Assembly (NCBI GenBank): GCA_002633005.1 | Contig: NMRA01000420.1 | Coordinates: forward strand, 124,001-188,000 | Direction of reading: 5' to 3' | Length of the DNA stretch: 64,000 nt | Source of the DNA: Phoronis australis | Taxonomy: Eukaryota > Animalia > Phoronida | Shown: piece by piece, positions 11,365 through 22,405 of the stretch | Layout: each line of letters starts with the position of its first letter | How positions within the stretch are numbered: the stretch's first letter is position 1 | Notes under the pieces: generated by a model | The model's input: only the letters and a program-made list of their open reading frames with translations | Database searches by the model: none | What the model was told of the DNA's origin: nothing | Program-made: the position numbers and the translations under genes

Positions 11365-14300
11365 CTGAAATACAAAACGAAGTTTTGAAGGTAATTATTT
11401 AACTTGCAGCCAGATAACATTTTTTTTCGAATTTGAGAGTCTGATGGAAAAGGCAATTACTCGGAAGTCAGATTGTGGTTGACAGTCACTAAATATCTAA
11501 AACGACTTATTTTCCAACACATCAAATTTCAAATACAACTTCGAGGTTGCAGGACTGGTTAACACGACTTAAATTAGTTGCGCTGTTAATAAGTGACAAA
11601 ATGCAACAAAATAAGAAAAACGCATGAGGTTATCGGATCGCTACTTATAATGTTTGCTTATCATACTCTAAACCTCCGAAACTGGAGGCTCATTAAAATC
11701 CAAGTTAACTATTGTCTTGATACAAAGAACTTTAAAGAAAATTGCTATTGTGAAACATAAGCAACTCACCCAAAATAGCCGTTTTAGGAAGACAGCCGTT
11801 TTAACATACTCATCGTTGACTTCTGGGTGAGTTCTTCGTCTCTTCCCACTGGGGGCGCCACTTTCTATTTCTTTTTCTGGCAAGGATTCCAAAAACTCCT
11901 TCTTCTCGTCCGCTGTAACATATCGTGGGGAATTTCATGATCACGAACACATTGTTTATACAAATCGCCTAAGGCACATCTAAAGGAGTGGACTTTTGAA
12001 TATATATTTCTTTCATATTCGGTCTTGTTTTATTTCCCGGGAAATTCCTCACTTTTTATTCAGTTGTCAATTCCTAATCGAACATCTTTTCCGTTCGATC
12101 TATTTAGCCCAAAAGTGAGGAAATGTGCAAAACGCTGATGACGTATAAAACATAACGCGGAGAATCACCCAAGTTCTAGCTGACCGTTCCATTTTGTACA
12201 AAAACACCCCCGTTAACTCGAAGGCAAGGAATCAGTGACTACCCGGACTTAATGCTTACGACAGAAGTAAATGTGTTTCACCGACGTTGTTTCTTCGAAT
12301 GACACACAACACACCGTTATTATGTAGCGACCCTTTGCTTGCCATGTGCTATTGCATTTTCCACCAGAATAGCGTTCCACAGACGTGGAGAACCTCACGA
12401 CAAGGCAAAATCACGTCATGCACCGCGAGCGAAACACATGACCACATTAGTTTTACGGAACGCAACCATGTTTTGTAATAAGGCTACGTGACGCTAAATA
12501 CGTTGCAAAGAGCAACTTTCCAGTGACACGAGCTAGACAACGCGAATCCTTGCCTCGCGAGATATCGATGTATGTATAGAAATATTACAAGCGGATCACC
12601 AACAAGCAATGTCGCAATGGACTCGTGCTTTCAAGTGACATTTTTCCGTAACATTGTTTTAGTGTACTTTGATGACACCGGACGGGACGACAACTGTCCC
12701 TCAATGCATTTGAAAAACGACTGCAGCGCCGTAGATGAAATTCCCCGAATTGTGGGTGCAAATGACCGAAACGAACTCAACTTATAAAAACCGGAACCTC
12801 AACTATTCATGGTAAGAGTGTTTGAATGTTGTTGGAGTTCATGTTCCGTGGCAAGGATTTTTGAGCGTGATAGGACCTGCTGTGTGATAAAGGTGCGCGG
12901 CCGTGGAAAGATCTTGTTTCCAACATCTGTTTCTAGCGGTGACAAACGACAGCTTATGACTAGTATAGGGTACATTGCATAAAAATGGCCTGTTGACTGA
13001 TACCCAATACATAGATCATTTCTTGTGGGTATACGTACGAGATGGCTGGAACTTATGGAAGGTCTGGAAGTACTCGTAGTACTTATGGTCTGCAGGTAAC
13101 ATGGCGCGGTCGTCTATGAAAGCCTGCAACCTCTTGCCGTATTTGATCTTCTCCTTGAGAACGTCAATTTTATTAAGAAATAAAATGATCGACACATAAG
13201 GAAGGAATCTGAAATTGTAAGTAAATACGTCTTTGCCACACTTTTGTGAATCATACGACATAAACACCAAGCTTATTCCAAGTTAAGCTTTGCACAGAAG
13301 AACACAACAGCAAGACATTTAACACCCGAAACAAATTAAATCATCTCTGCTGAAATGAAAATTTGCTCTTAAAACGCCTTCGAGATCAAAGGATTGTTAT
13401 TATCGTGAATGAGTTCAAATAAGTACGGCAGAAACTAATCGCTGTTAAAACACATTTTAGTATCAATATACTGAGTACTGTTATTTTTTAATTGCATAAA
13501 GATATCCTGGGAAGTAACAAATGTTTACACTACATGTCTTGTCAGTTTTCTTAATTTTTCAATTTCATCATTTTCATTTCATATTAGCTAATCATTGTAC
13601 AACTTGCTTTTGTATAACTTGAGGGAGTGGAGGAACAGGCATTGGCTGAGCAAGCCCACGAAATACATTCCATGAAAAAACTGCATTTCCTTTGTTTTCA
13701 CCCGCTTAGAACTTAGATACAGTCTCGTTAATCAAAAGAATGTAATTTACACCCTTGTGTGCATTTGCGTTTTATACTAATTAAGTCACAGAAAGGAAAA
13801 GTCGTCGTTGTTAAACTGTGGTGGCCATTTTGTTGATGCCCCACAAGTAATTAAAGAAGTAAACTTGACATTTTCCATCAAATAACGTTTATTTTGAAAG
13901 AATATCCCATTTTGAAAAATGCATCACTTGTGTAAAATAAAGTACTAAATTGGTTTGCATTAAATGTCGTTTTATGAAGGCTTTAATTAAAAATTGATTT
14001 AAAGAGTAATTTTCAACCAATTTCAACACTGCAAAATCACCTGCTTTCCCACGCTTGTTCAAAAATCTCCATGGCTTCCAGTAACCTGTTTTTTGATTCA
14101 TCTTCCCTCAGTGTTTGATCATAACTGCTGATGTCAGCAACAAAGAGTATGGCTGTGGCTCGGTCAAAGCATTGTATCCACTGTTTACGTGCTCCTCGCT
14201 GGCCGCCGACGTCGAACACCCTTCGTAAGTAACAGAGCAACAACATTTTAACGAGGAAGAGATTTGACCTATTCATAGGTTGCATGAAGTCTTTTCCGCG

Positions 14301-17300
14301 GTCCGCAGAACACCTGCCACGGAATGGAACCGGGTGAGCTTTCCGTAGACTCACGAAACTCGCGAAAACGCAAAATTAAGCAAGACTTCGCGAGAATTCG
14401 CCTTGCATTAATAAAAAGCGAAGCACGTGATCGCACCAGGTTTTCTGGTGACTGTTTTGCGTCCACGGAATGCTGCAGCCTGGTTCTATCCCCCCAAAAA
14501 AATTACAACGCACTGCAAGAACCACGCACCAAAATTTCGCAGGTTTAAAAAATTCTTTTCCATAACAGCATCGTTTTCAAAATCCATTTGAAAAAGGCAG
14601 ATAACCTGCGATTGAATTGAAACTGTTAAATCTTGGAAGGCGCTGGCCAACCCAAGGACGTTGTGAAACATTTTTTGGTTAGTACATGGAATTGTTTTAT
14701 TTGTTCTTTGTGGCAACGAACGTAAAGTACTGTCATGCAATGAAAAATGTTAAGACTGATTTTTTTAAGATAACTGGTATAATTTGATTTTGTTTTTATT
14801 TCTAACAACAGAACTGTTTTTAATTAACAGTTTTTATTATACTAACTGAGGAAATTGACAAGTTACTCAAAAAGCCAATTGCTGGATTCTCTACAGCACA
14901 GTGATAGATAATGTACTTACCTGAACGATACTGTTGATCTTTTCACAGGGACTTGAAACTCTATAGATTGTATTTGTGTTGTCATTTTACGACACCTCAG
15001 AATGTCTTGGTTTGACGGCAAGTAATCACGCATGCGCACTTCGTCCAGCTTGTCGAGGAAACTGGAAGTAAGCGCAGTGGGACCAGATCTGAGTTTGATA
15101 ACACTGAGGCATTTGAGGTGAAGCTGTTGTGCGTGAACTTGGAATTACGCTTAATCTCAAGGCCGCGTGTGCGTGAACTTGAAATTAAATATTAATTTAA
15201 ACAATTAGGATAATTTTTTGTTCAATGGTTTAAAGAATTTTTGTAGCCGTTTGCCCCACGATCACTCGGAACTTGTGTCACATAATCGGAGGAATATTTG
15301 AATATCAGTTATTCTATGGCAAATAAGATCTCCAATAGTGGAAATAAGCCAATAAAGGTTAGTTACTTTATAAACACGTCGTGATTTGCTTCAGTGCAAT
15401 GCAATTTTTTATCAACGTGAACGTGTCTATTTGAATGGGTGTTTCAAGTACAAGCATTCGCGATCTCGAGATCAAGCAGAATTCCAAATTCCAGCACAGC
15501 AAATCCACCAAAGCCAGTTCTAGCCCTCTATTAAATCTGAAACTCCTTTTTCTGTTTCGTTAAAAATCCAGTATTTGCAGCCATACACGTACAATTCAAC
15601 CCAGTTAAACGGAGAACGAACCTGCTCCTACCGCCACAGAACAACTTTTGATTTTGGACACTTGCTGCTAAACAGTCGGTCTCATCACGATCCTTCCTCA
15701 AGTGGGAAATGATTCCTAAGCTTGTAAAGAACGGTCATCGTGGTTAACAAACTCATTAAGCTGTGGCAGGGTGGCAGTCTGTAGATAATTTCAATTCAAC
15801 AGGACAAGAACGCGATGATAACGTTGCATTTTTGTAAGATTAAACAAGCAAGTGAAGACAGTTGAAGTTTTTACACCACGAAATGGTTTATAACGACTTT
15901 AAAAGCTCCCATTTAATATTCTAGAAGTGTCAATTACCATCATCACTTGGAGACTTTAGCTAGTAAGTCCGTCACAGATTACACAGCGACACTAGAATCT
16001 CACTGTATTTACCCACAATGCCGCAATATCCGTCAAGTACATTTTTAGCCTCGTTTTCACGCCATTGGAATTCCACATGTTTTTTACTGTTGTCATATTC
16101 TCTACATGGCTTTCTCAGTTGCATTACTCTATTAGCCCTTCCAATGCCAACGAAGTACTACTACTATGCTGTGGGCTGCAACTCCGTGGGGAGAAAGTTG
16201 GATAAACTTGACAAATATCTAAGGATACGTGATGTTATACTCTTTGTCTTCCCGATATCAAGCAAAGCCAAGAACATTCGGAGCGTGTGGATTACAGCAA
16301 GTTCATCTGGATAGCTGACTTGAACTGAACAGAATTCCCTTTCTTGAAGATATTTTTTCGATTCCGGTACTTTTAAACAGTTGAAATCAGGAATATTTCC
16401 ACGGCCAGAGCCCTCCACGGTCTACGACATGACCTGTGAAAATGTGCCTGACATTTCAAAACAAGGCCAATGAAATGAAACAACACATTTTCTTACATGT
16501 ACCTCCGAAACAAAGGAGAATTTTTGCTGTGTAACACGGATCGACGCTATTAATTTTAACAGAGGCTGGTCACGTGAGATAGGCGACCCTGCTACCACTT
16601 GGCTGTGTAAGGATGACCTTCGCAAAGAGCAAACTTGCAATTTCATGAAAATAATCCCCTATCGTGTTGACTGCGTAAGGATGACCTTTTCCTCACCGTG
16701 GGCGGCAAAGAGGAATAGGCCTACTCAGGAAATACTTTAGGGTTTAGTTCAATACTGTAGTTGTTGTGGTCAGCCATATTGGATATCTGTAGGTCTGTCA
16801 TTTACTACGTCGACATGACAACTGGTTACTTACTATTTGGCACTGTCTATCAGCTGATACTCGCTGGATCTCATGAAGCACTCTTGCACACCGCCATCTT
16901 GCCATAAACGTTTTGTGCGCTCAAAGAATTCCTGAAGAAGAACACATCTACTCTCGATCAGGCTTTGAGGAAACGGTAAACACAGTTTTGGTCATCCAAT
17001 TCGAACATATATGAATTTGTATGAGGAGCTGGAGGGCATTTTCTGCCCCTCTCCCTTATTACTACTTTTCTTAAAAACGATAGAAATATTAAACGGGAAG
17101 TGACGTAGTGAACATATTTCACAGTACGAACTAAGGAGGCATCCCATTGGAGTTTGAGTTGGCTGTGCGTTTCAAGTTCTGTGCTCCATGTGAAGGCTAC
17201 AAATGGCATTTTCTTGATTTTTGAATCTGTTCTGAGTGAAAAATTGTCACCTGTTGACCCCTTGACCCACCTTTTGCTTAGCGTGGCATTTCTTAAACCT

Positions 17301-20136
17301 TTACTGCTTGAAAGCGGGAAATTTGAAATTTAGCAGGAAATTGAGGTGTCGTTCAGACTTAGGATTTGGTTAAAATCTGGCTGGTCGATACCCACCTTTC
17401 ACCGGAGAATTTTGGAGGTCTGAATGCACAGTCTCTCAGTTCGTAGTAATTGCGTGCAAATGGTGACTTTGGGGTGACAACTAGATTTGGCGTATTCTTG
17501 CTGGTTTTTCAAGTAGCTGGCTGTACTTCCGGTAGTCGAAAATGGAGGAAAATTGAATTTGGAATCCGTTTCAGAGGATTTTGCGCAAGGTTTTTAAAGT
17601 CTTTGGCGCATTATACTTCTCATATGTTCGGGTTTTGTACTTCCTGTGGAAAAGACTGTTGATTTGTGCTGGTTTTCAAGCCCAAAATTAGCAAAAAATC
17701 TGTTGAGGGCCACCCAAGGCTGCTACTTAATCAGCTATAGACCGTTATTGTAAGATTCTGAAAGTGAACTTGTTAACTTAAACAGCACTCCAGCGGCCTC
17801 GTCGGCTTACCTGCGGATAGTCATAGTCTTGCAGAAGAGGAACCTTTATAATACAGTCGACATCACTTTGAAGATGGCTGTTTTCTAGTTCAATGTGGAG
17901 TTTGTTCATAGCACCGAGGATTGTCTGTAATTCAAATGGATCGTATTCAAATGCATTTTTCACATCGCGCAGATGGTTAACTAGTGCTTCTTTGCAACCG
18001 TATTTATACCGTGGGAGCTCAATCAACCAGTCCGAATACTTTCAATATCCATTTTAACGAATGTAGAACTTTATTACATTCTTCTGCACCACGTTCAGAT
18101 ATCAGTGAGGGGTTTGTCTTTAGTTACGCTTAAAAGAGGATATTCGAAAAATATCAGACAAGAGTCGTAATTCCATTTAACTAACACCAACATGATTGAC
18201 ATCAGTTGGAATCGTTGTACTTACTACTATCGATTCCATGATATTATGTTTTATCTGATGCACCGTATGTATCCTTTCTCTGTAATGAAAAACAAGTACA
18301 TCTGTATTATAAATTTAACTACACCACCAAGTTTCCGCTATGTAGTTCTCACTAGAATTGTTTTTAGAATATTTGATTTCTTGACACCTGCTGAACACCT
18401 TGCAAATTTCTTGACAAAACAGTGCCGAACGTGCGCTACACAAATTAATTATAGAACCTGCTACAAATTATTTGAGGGTAAACGCTAGTGAGATCACGTG
18501 CTTTACTCGCACGTGGAGATAACTATCAAGAATCGAACAATCGCGTCACACTCGCAAGAAGCAAGACTTCCGGAATGGATGTTTTAACAAGTTTTAACTT
18601 GTTTTAAAAACGTGACAAAACAGAGTTAATTATTGTGTGCTATCAAACAACAGACGAGCTCTAGAAGAACGTTAACAGTATTACAAGGAACGTGTAATGT
18701 GTTCTCGTCACTGCAGAGGGATCTCGAAATTTGTCAGATGGCGCTGTTTACTCATGGGATGGAGGGAGACCAGCCTCGTCCCCAAGATAACGCTGATCGA
18801 TTTAGCCATTTGAGACTTGGTTATGGGAAGTACCTTCAGCGCAATGATTGGCCGCTGTCTTGACGTCATTAAAACAAAGGCAGAGTTTACTGCAAGGGGT
18901 CTTTTCATCAACAAGTTCATCTATACCACCTGCTACGACGAAACCATGTGAAGATAACAGTCTTTCGTCCCACCAGATCAGCCTCCATTACTTTATGAAA
19001 GTTTCCTCAGCTATTAATGTAAGCTTTTCAAGTAAGACCCTCAGATCCACCAAGGCCGCATGCTACCGGACGTGCACTCCGTAACGCTAGGACCTACGAT
19101 AGGACCTAGCTAAAATCTAGCCAAAGTCAAGTGTTCTCATTCAAAATATACGGCAATATCTCACGTTATTTCGAGAAGTAATAGCTTCTTAGCGAGGTCC
19201 TGGCGTTACTGAACGAGAGGCAGGTCAGCAACTTTGTGTTGTTGTGATAACAACAAAAGGTCAAACACGTGTAATCTCACTTACTGGTCACTGAAGCCGT
19301 CTATATGCAGGATTCTCATCTGTTTTGTCACGGTACTTTTGCCTGATTCCCCAGTACCTGCAAACAAACACAAGACTTTGGCTTTTAGCTGAAAAGTATA
19401 TTAGGGATTTACTGCGACTAGAGTGACGAAAACTACACATTTTGAGTTTTGATTTTTACTCTTGGTATCCATCGTGTCATTGGTGTACGAGCTTTTTAAA
19501 TACAAATCATTTGGACCCATGAATTGTCTGATTGAAGAAATAATTCACTGGCACGTACAGTTCTAAGCCATAGCTGGAACTTTTATATGAATACAAAAGA
19601 ACTTCGAGCACAGCAGGCCTAAATTATTGAGCTCTTTTGCGCATAACGGGTATGGAGGAAGGGGAGGGGGGCGCTTGGCATTCCAAGTCCGGACCAGCGT
19701 AAATACCTCAGGGAACGAGAAAATGGACACCCGAGACAATGCCAAATAATAACCCTACCTCTTCTTTCATGTACTCATCTGAGAAGATACTAGGAAGTAG
19801 AAATACCCACCTGGCGCGGCAGATGGCGGGGAAAAAATCTCACCCGAGAGGATACACAACAAAATATCCACTTTAAACGATACTGGGGAGAAAACAATAC
19901 AAACCCGTTATGGCGGTACGTCCCTACTAACCCTTCCTATGGGAGAGCGCCCCGGGCTGATACTCAGTAAGCTTCGTTCGCCACAATCCATTGCATCGGC
20001 CAAACGTTGCAGACTCACCGAGTAATAGTAACTTGAGCCATTTATTGTCTTCCTCGAAGTCCTTCTTAAGGGCAGAGTTTATCAGCCTGTCCCGTTGTTT
20101 TGCGGGATCTTGAGGAACACACAAACCGCACTTCAT
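11224..20136 (-). CDS. Heterotrimeric G-protein alpha subunit, Gs class, most similar to Galpha-f; 10 coding exons, 410 aa
   Basis: Exons 20136-20019, 19357-19285, 18279-18225, 17924-17811, 16931-16834, 15061-14921, 14220-14041, 13208-13039, 11912-11770 and 11364-11224 total 1233 nt, all GT-AG and in frame. Motifs [34 protein letters not shown]. The 73/55/98-nt exons match GNAS exon sizes. LLLGTxESGK, RKxTT and FxVP resemble Drosophila Galpha-f (from memory). Confidence 0.93.
11770..11912 (-). CDS. G-alpha exon 9 (DEKKEFLES...GKRRR...[10 protein letters not shown])
   Basis: 143 nt; TTACAG acceptor, GTGAGT donor; end aligns with helix alpha4; phases fit. Confidence 0.82.
13039..13208 (-). CDS. 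G-alpha exon 8 ([21 protein letters not shown]...)
   Basis: 170 nt; NKxD motif; TTTCAG acceptor, GTACGT donor. Confidence 0.88.
14041..14220 (-). CDS. G-alpha exon 7 ([18 protein letters not shown]...[16 protein letters not shown])
   Basis: 180 nt; switch II/III motifs. Confidence 0.93.
14335..14484 (+). mobile_element. Short palindromic MITE family B (also ~2100-2232, 4351-4482, 51829-51958)
   Basis: TTCCGTAGAC...GTCYAYGGAA ends; shares the AGACTTCGCGAGA core with family A. Confidence 0.65.
14921..15061 (-). CDS. G-alpha exon 6 (FLDKLDEV...[20 protein letters not shown]...; switch I)
   Basis: 141 nt; CCAG acceptor, GTAAGT donor. Confidence 0.92.
16010..16435 (-). pseudogene. Possible decayed P/THAP9-type transposase C-terminal fragment in G-alpha intron 5
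   Basis: VDRGGLWP motif after a CACAG acceptor, then interrupted coding-like sequence; weak. Confidence 0.3.
16834..16931 (-). CDS. G-alpha exon 5 ([33 protein letters not shown])
   Basis: 98 nt; canonical splice sites; conserved G-alpha motif. Confidence 0.93.
17811..17924 (-). CDS. G-alpha exon 4 (TILGAMNKL...DYDYPQ)
   Basis: 114 nt; aligns with Gs helical domain TIVAAMSNL...DFDFPP; GTAAGC donor. Confidence 0.88.
18225..18279 (-). CDS. G-alpha exon 3 ([18 protein letters not shown])
   Basis: 55 nt; TTACAG acceptor, GTAAGT donor; phases fit both neighbours. Confidence 0.85.
19070..19222 (-). mobile_element. MITE family A copy in G-alpha intron 2
   Basis: Reverse-complement match to 35206-35360. 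Confidence 0.75.
19285..19357 (-). CDS. G-alpha exon 2 (P-loop [24 protein letters not shown])
   Basis: 73 nt; TTTGCAG acceptor, GTAAGT donor. Confidence 0.92.
20019..20136 (-). CDS. G-alpha exon 1 (MKCGLCVPQ...KLLLLG)
   Basis: ATG at 20136; 118 nt; phase-1 donor GTGAGT. Confidence 0.85.
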
Positions 20137-21079
20137 GATCTTGTTACTTCATGCATAGGACTTCTGCAACGATACGTGTCGAATTATTTCTTGTTAGTAT
20201 GTCTATATTTCCGGAGATTTCCGATAAAGCACTTGTCTCCAGAAAGCGCCCATGGGCGGAGATCCCGGAAGCACATTTACGGGAACAAGGCGACTCATGA
20301 CGTAACTAGTATTGCATATTGTTGTTTTGTTAACAATTACAACTATAATCTGAAAACTATACGATTAGTGTCAGCAAGGTGTGTAGTACATATAGGAGAG
20401 TTCACTTGAGAGTTCGCTGTTATCGCTACTACTAGCGCCGCCAAGTGGTGAATAAGCAACGGTCAAGTTGGAAGCACAAGAACAATGGGGAAGGGCACAT
20501 TTTGCAGTGCGATAAATTGCACCAATACATTCCACGAAAACCCCAGAACTGTAATTTTTTACGTTTCCTAAGGATCCAGAAAACAAATATTATTTGTTAT
20601 TGAATAATATGGTACATTTTCTGTGTTCAGTTCACGGTTGGAAGACACGTCCATCGCAGTCGCGGTGCCGCTGTCGTCTGCGGTGTAGGCCACTGCACAG
20701 GCTCCGCTCTGCCTTCTGCAGATACTTTGTTGTCAATTATATGTATGGGAGCATTAGAATGGAATACAATGTTGTGGTAGTGATGAATTGTCATGTTTTC
20801 TTCTTCTTACTTGTGTTACACCTACTGCACAAACCAACTGTCTGCACTGGTAGCAGCCTGGCGTATTCAATAGGGAACACATTCAAAATTGTTGGGTGGA
20901 CTTGAAACGTGCAGTGAGCTGGGAGAGCTTAGAAATGAAAAGGTGGAAAACACCCAGGATGTTACTGGAGCATGATGGCCACCAGTCATGACAAGCAAAA
21001 GTCCTTGGGGGTCATGCTCAAAACGAGGCAGCCAAATCGTATCACAACCTAGCACATGTTGTCAATAGTCAGGGAACAA

Positions 21080-21222
21080 CATGGGCGGCGCAGCACTAAA
21101 AAGTGGGAAATTATAGCGCCCCCAGCCTCCCTGTGGTGCAGCGCCCACAGACCATGGGCGGCGTAGCACTGAAAAAAGTGGTGGGCTATAGACCCCCAAG
21201 CTCCTATGGTGCGCCGCCCATG
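21080..21222. mobile_element. GC-rich MITE (same family as 9668) nested in the P-like element
   Basis: CATGGGCGGCGC...GCGCCGCCCATG; TSD AACAA/AGCAA. Confidence 0.75.
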
Positions 21223-21356
21223 AGCAACCAAAATCTGTGACGATGGGAGGATGTGAGGGGTTCAAAACTCATGCGGCATACCCCATTGCTTTTTACCTGA
21301 TTTGCACTCCTCCCATGTACCCCTTTACTACACCTGGAGGCAACTCTCCTCTGAAC

Positions 21357-21509
21357 CAGTGGCGGATTGAGAAGGGGGCCAAGGGTGTCATGGCCCCCTT
21401 AATATTCTCCCAGATGCCATTTGGCAGTTCGGGGGAGCGAATGTCTGACGGGGAAAATCCTAGCTAATAGCTGCCCTGCCCCCAACCCAAAATCCTGAAT
21501 CCGCCCCTG
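21357..21509. mobile_element. hAT-like MITE (CAGTGGCGGATT...AATCCGCCCCTG), 5-bp TSD TGAAC
   Basis: TIRs and TSD directly visible. Confidence 0.75.
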
Positions 21510-22284
21510 TGAACCCCCAGGAGCAATCACTAAAATTATGTAGTCCCTGGAGGTATGAAATCTTAATGAGAACTCAAACATGAAACAAAACCATGATGGC
21601 TTTTGAAGGGAGCTTCAAGAGAATGAAAGCAAATACACTTTAATATTAATTAAAACACACATTCTCATTCGATTATAAGTGGATGTTATTTTACGTATTT
21701 TACCCATTTGCAATCACATGGTAATATTATTGTACGTCGAACGTTGTTAAAGTATGAATTTATCAGTGTTTACATAGTTCGGACTGCTGCTTATTCGCCG
21801 CTCGGGGCGCTAGTTTTTCGACCGATAAGACCATCGCGGAGATTGGCAAGATGGCGGAATGAACTCACGCATTCTATGTACACTCCTTGGTGATAGCTAG
21901 TTCACGCACTCCAAGGGAGCTGTAATCTTTGACAAACTTTCCATAATTACAACACGATCCCATCACTGCATTATTTGATAATTTCAGACATCTGGTTACG
22001 TAAACAGGTCCATAAAATCAACTTCCTGAAAAAGCGCACCGGGTGCTTTTTCAGGAACAAAAAACGACTTGAATGAATAATTGCTTACGGAATAATCGTG
22101 CTACTGGAATTTTACAGCAACGCCATCGATCTGTTATAGCATTTTTGAATTGAAATTGGTTAAAATGATAGATGGCTTCAAATTGCCCAGACGGACATAG
22201 CGTCGTGGCAACTTTAAATAACTGACCTTGAAACGAACTTGAATTTGCCCGGTGTGAAAAACTACGACCGAGAGTGAGAGAGAG

Positions 22285-22405
22285 NNNNNNNNNNNNNNNN
22301 NNNNNNNNNNNNNNNNNNNNNNNNNNNNNNNNNNNNNNNNNNNNNNNNNNNNNNNNNNNNNNNNNNNNNNNNNNNNNNNNNNNNNNNNNNNNNNNNNNNN
22401 NNNNN
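22285..22405. other. Assembly gap inside a (GA)n microsatellite
   Basis: n-run flanked by GAGAGA. Confidence 0.95.

Larger units (their letters stand above)
20375..21889 (+). mobile_element. Non-autonomous P-superfamily-like transposon with a decayed THAP domain
   Basis: Imperfect TIRs CAAGGWGTGTA... / ...TACACTCCTTG plus subterminal inverted motif ACTAGCGCC...GAATAAGCA. Degenerate 7-bp TSD GTGTCAG/GTGATAG. Frameshifted MGKGTFCSAINCTN...FFTFPKDPE at ~20485-20583. Confidence 0.65.
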
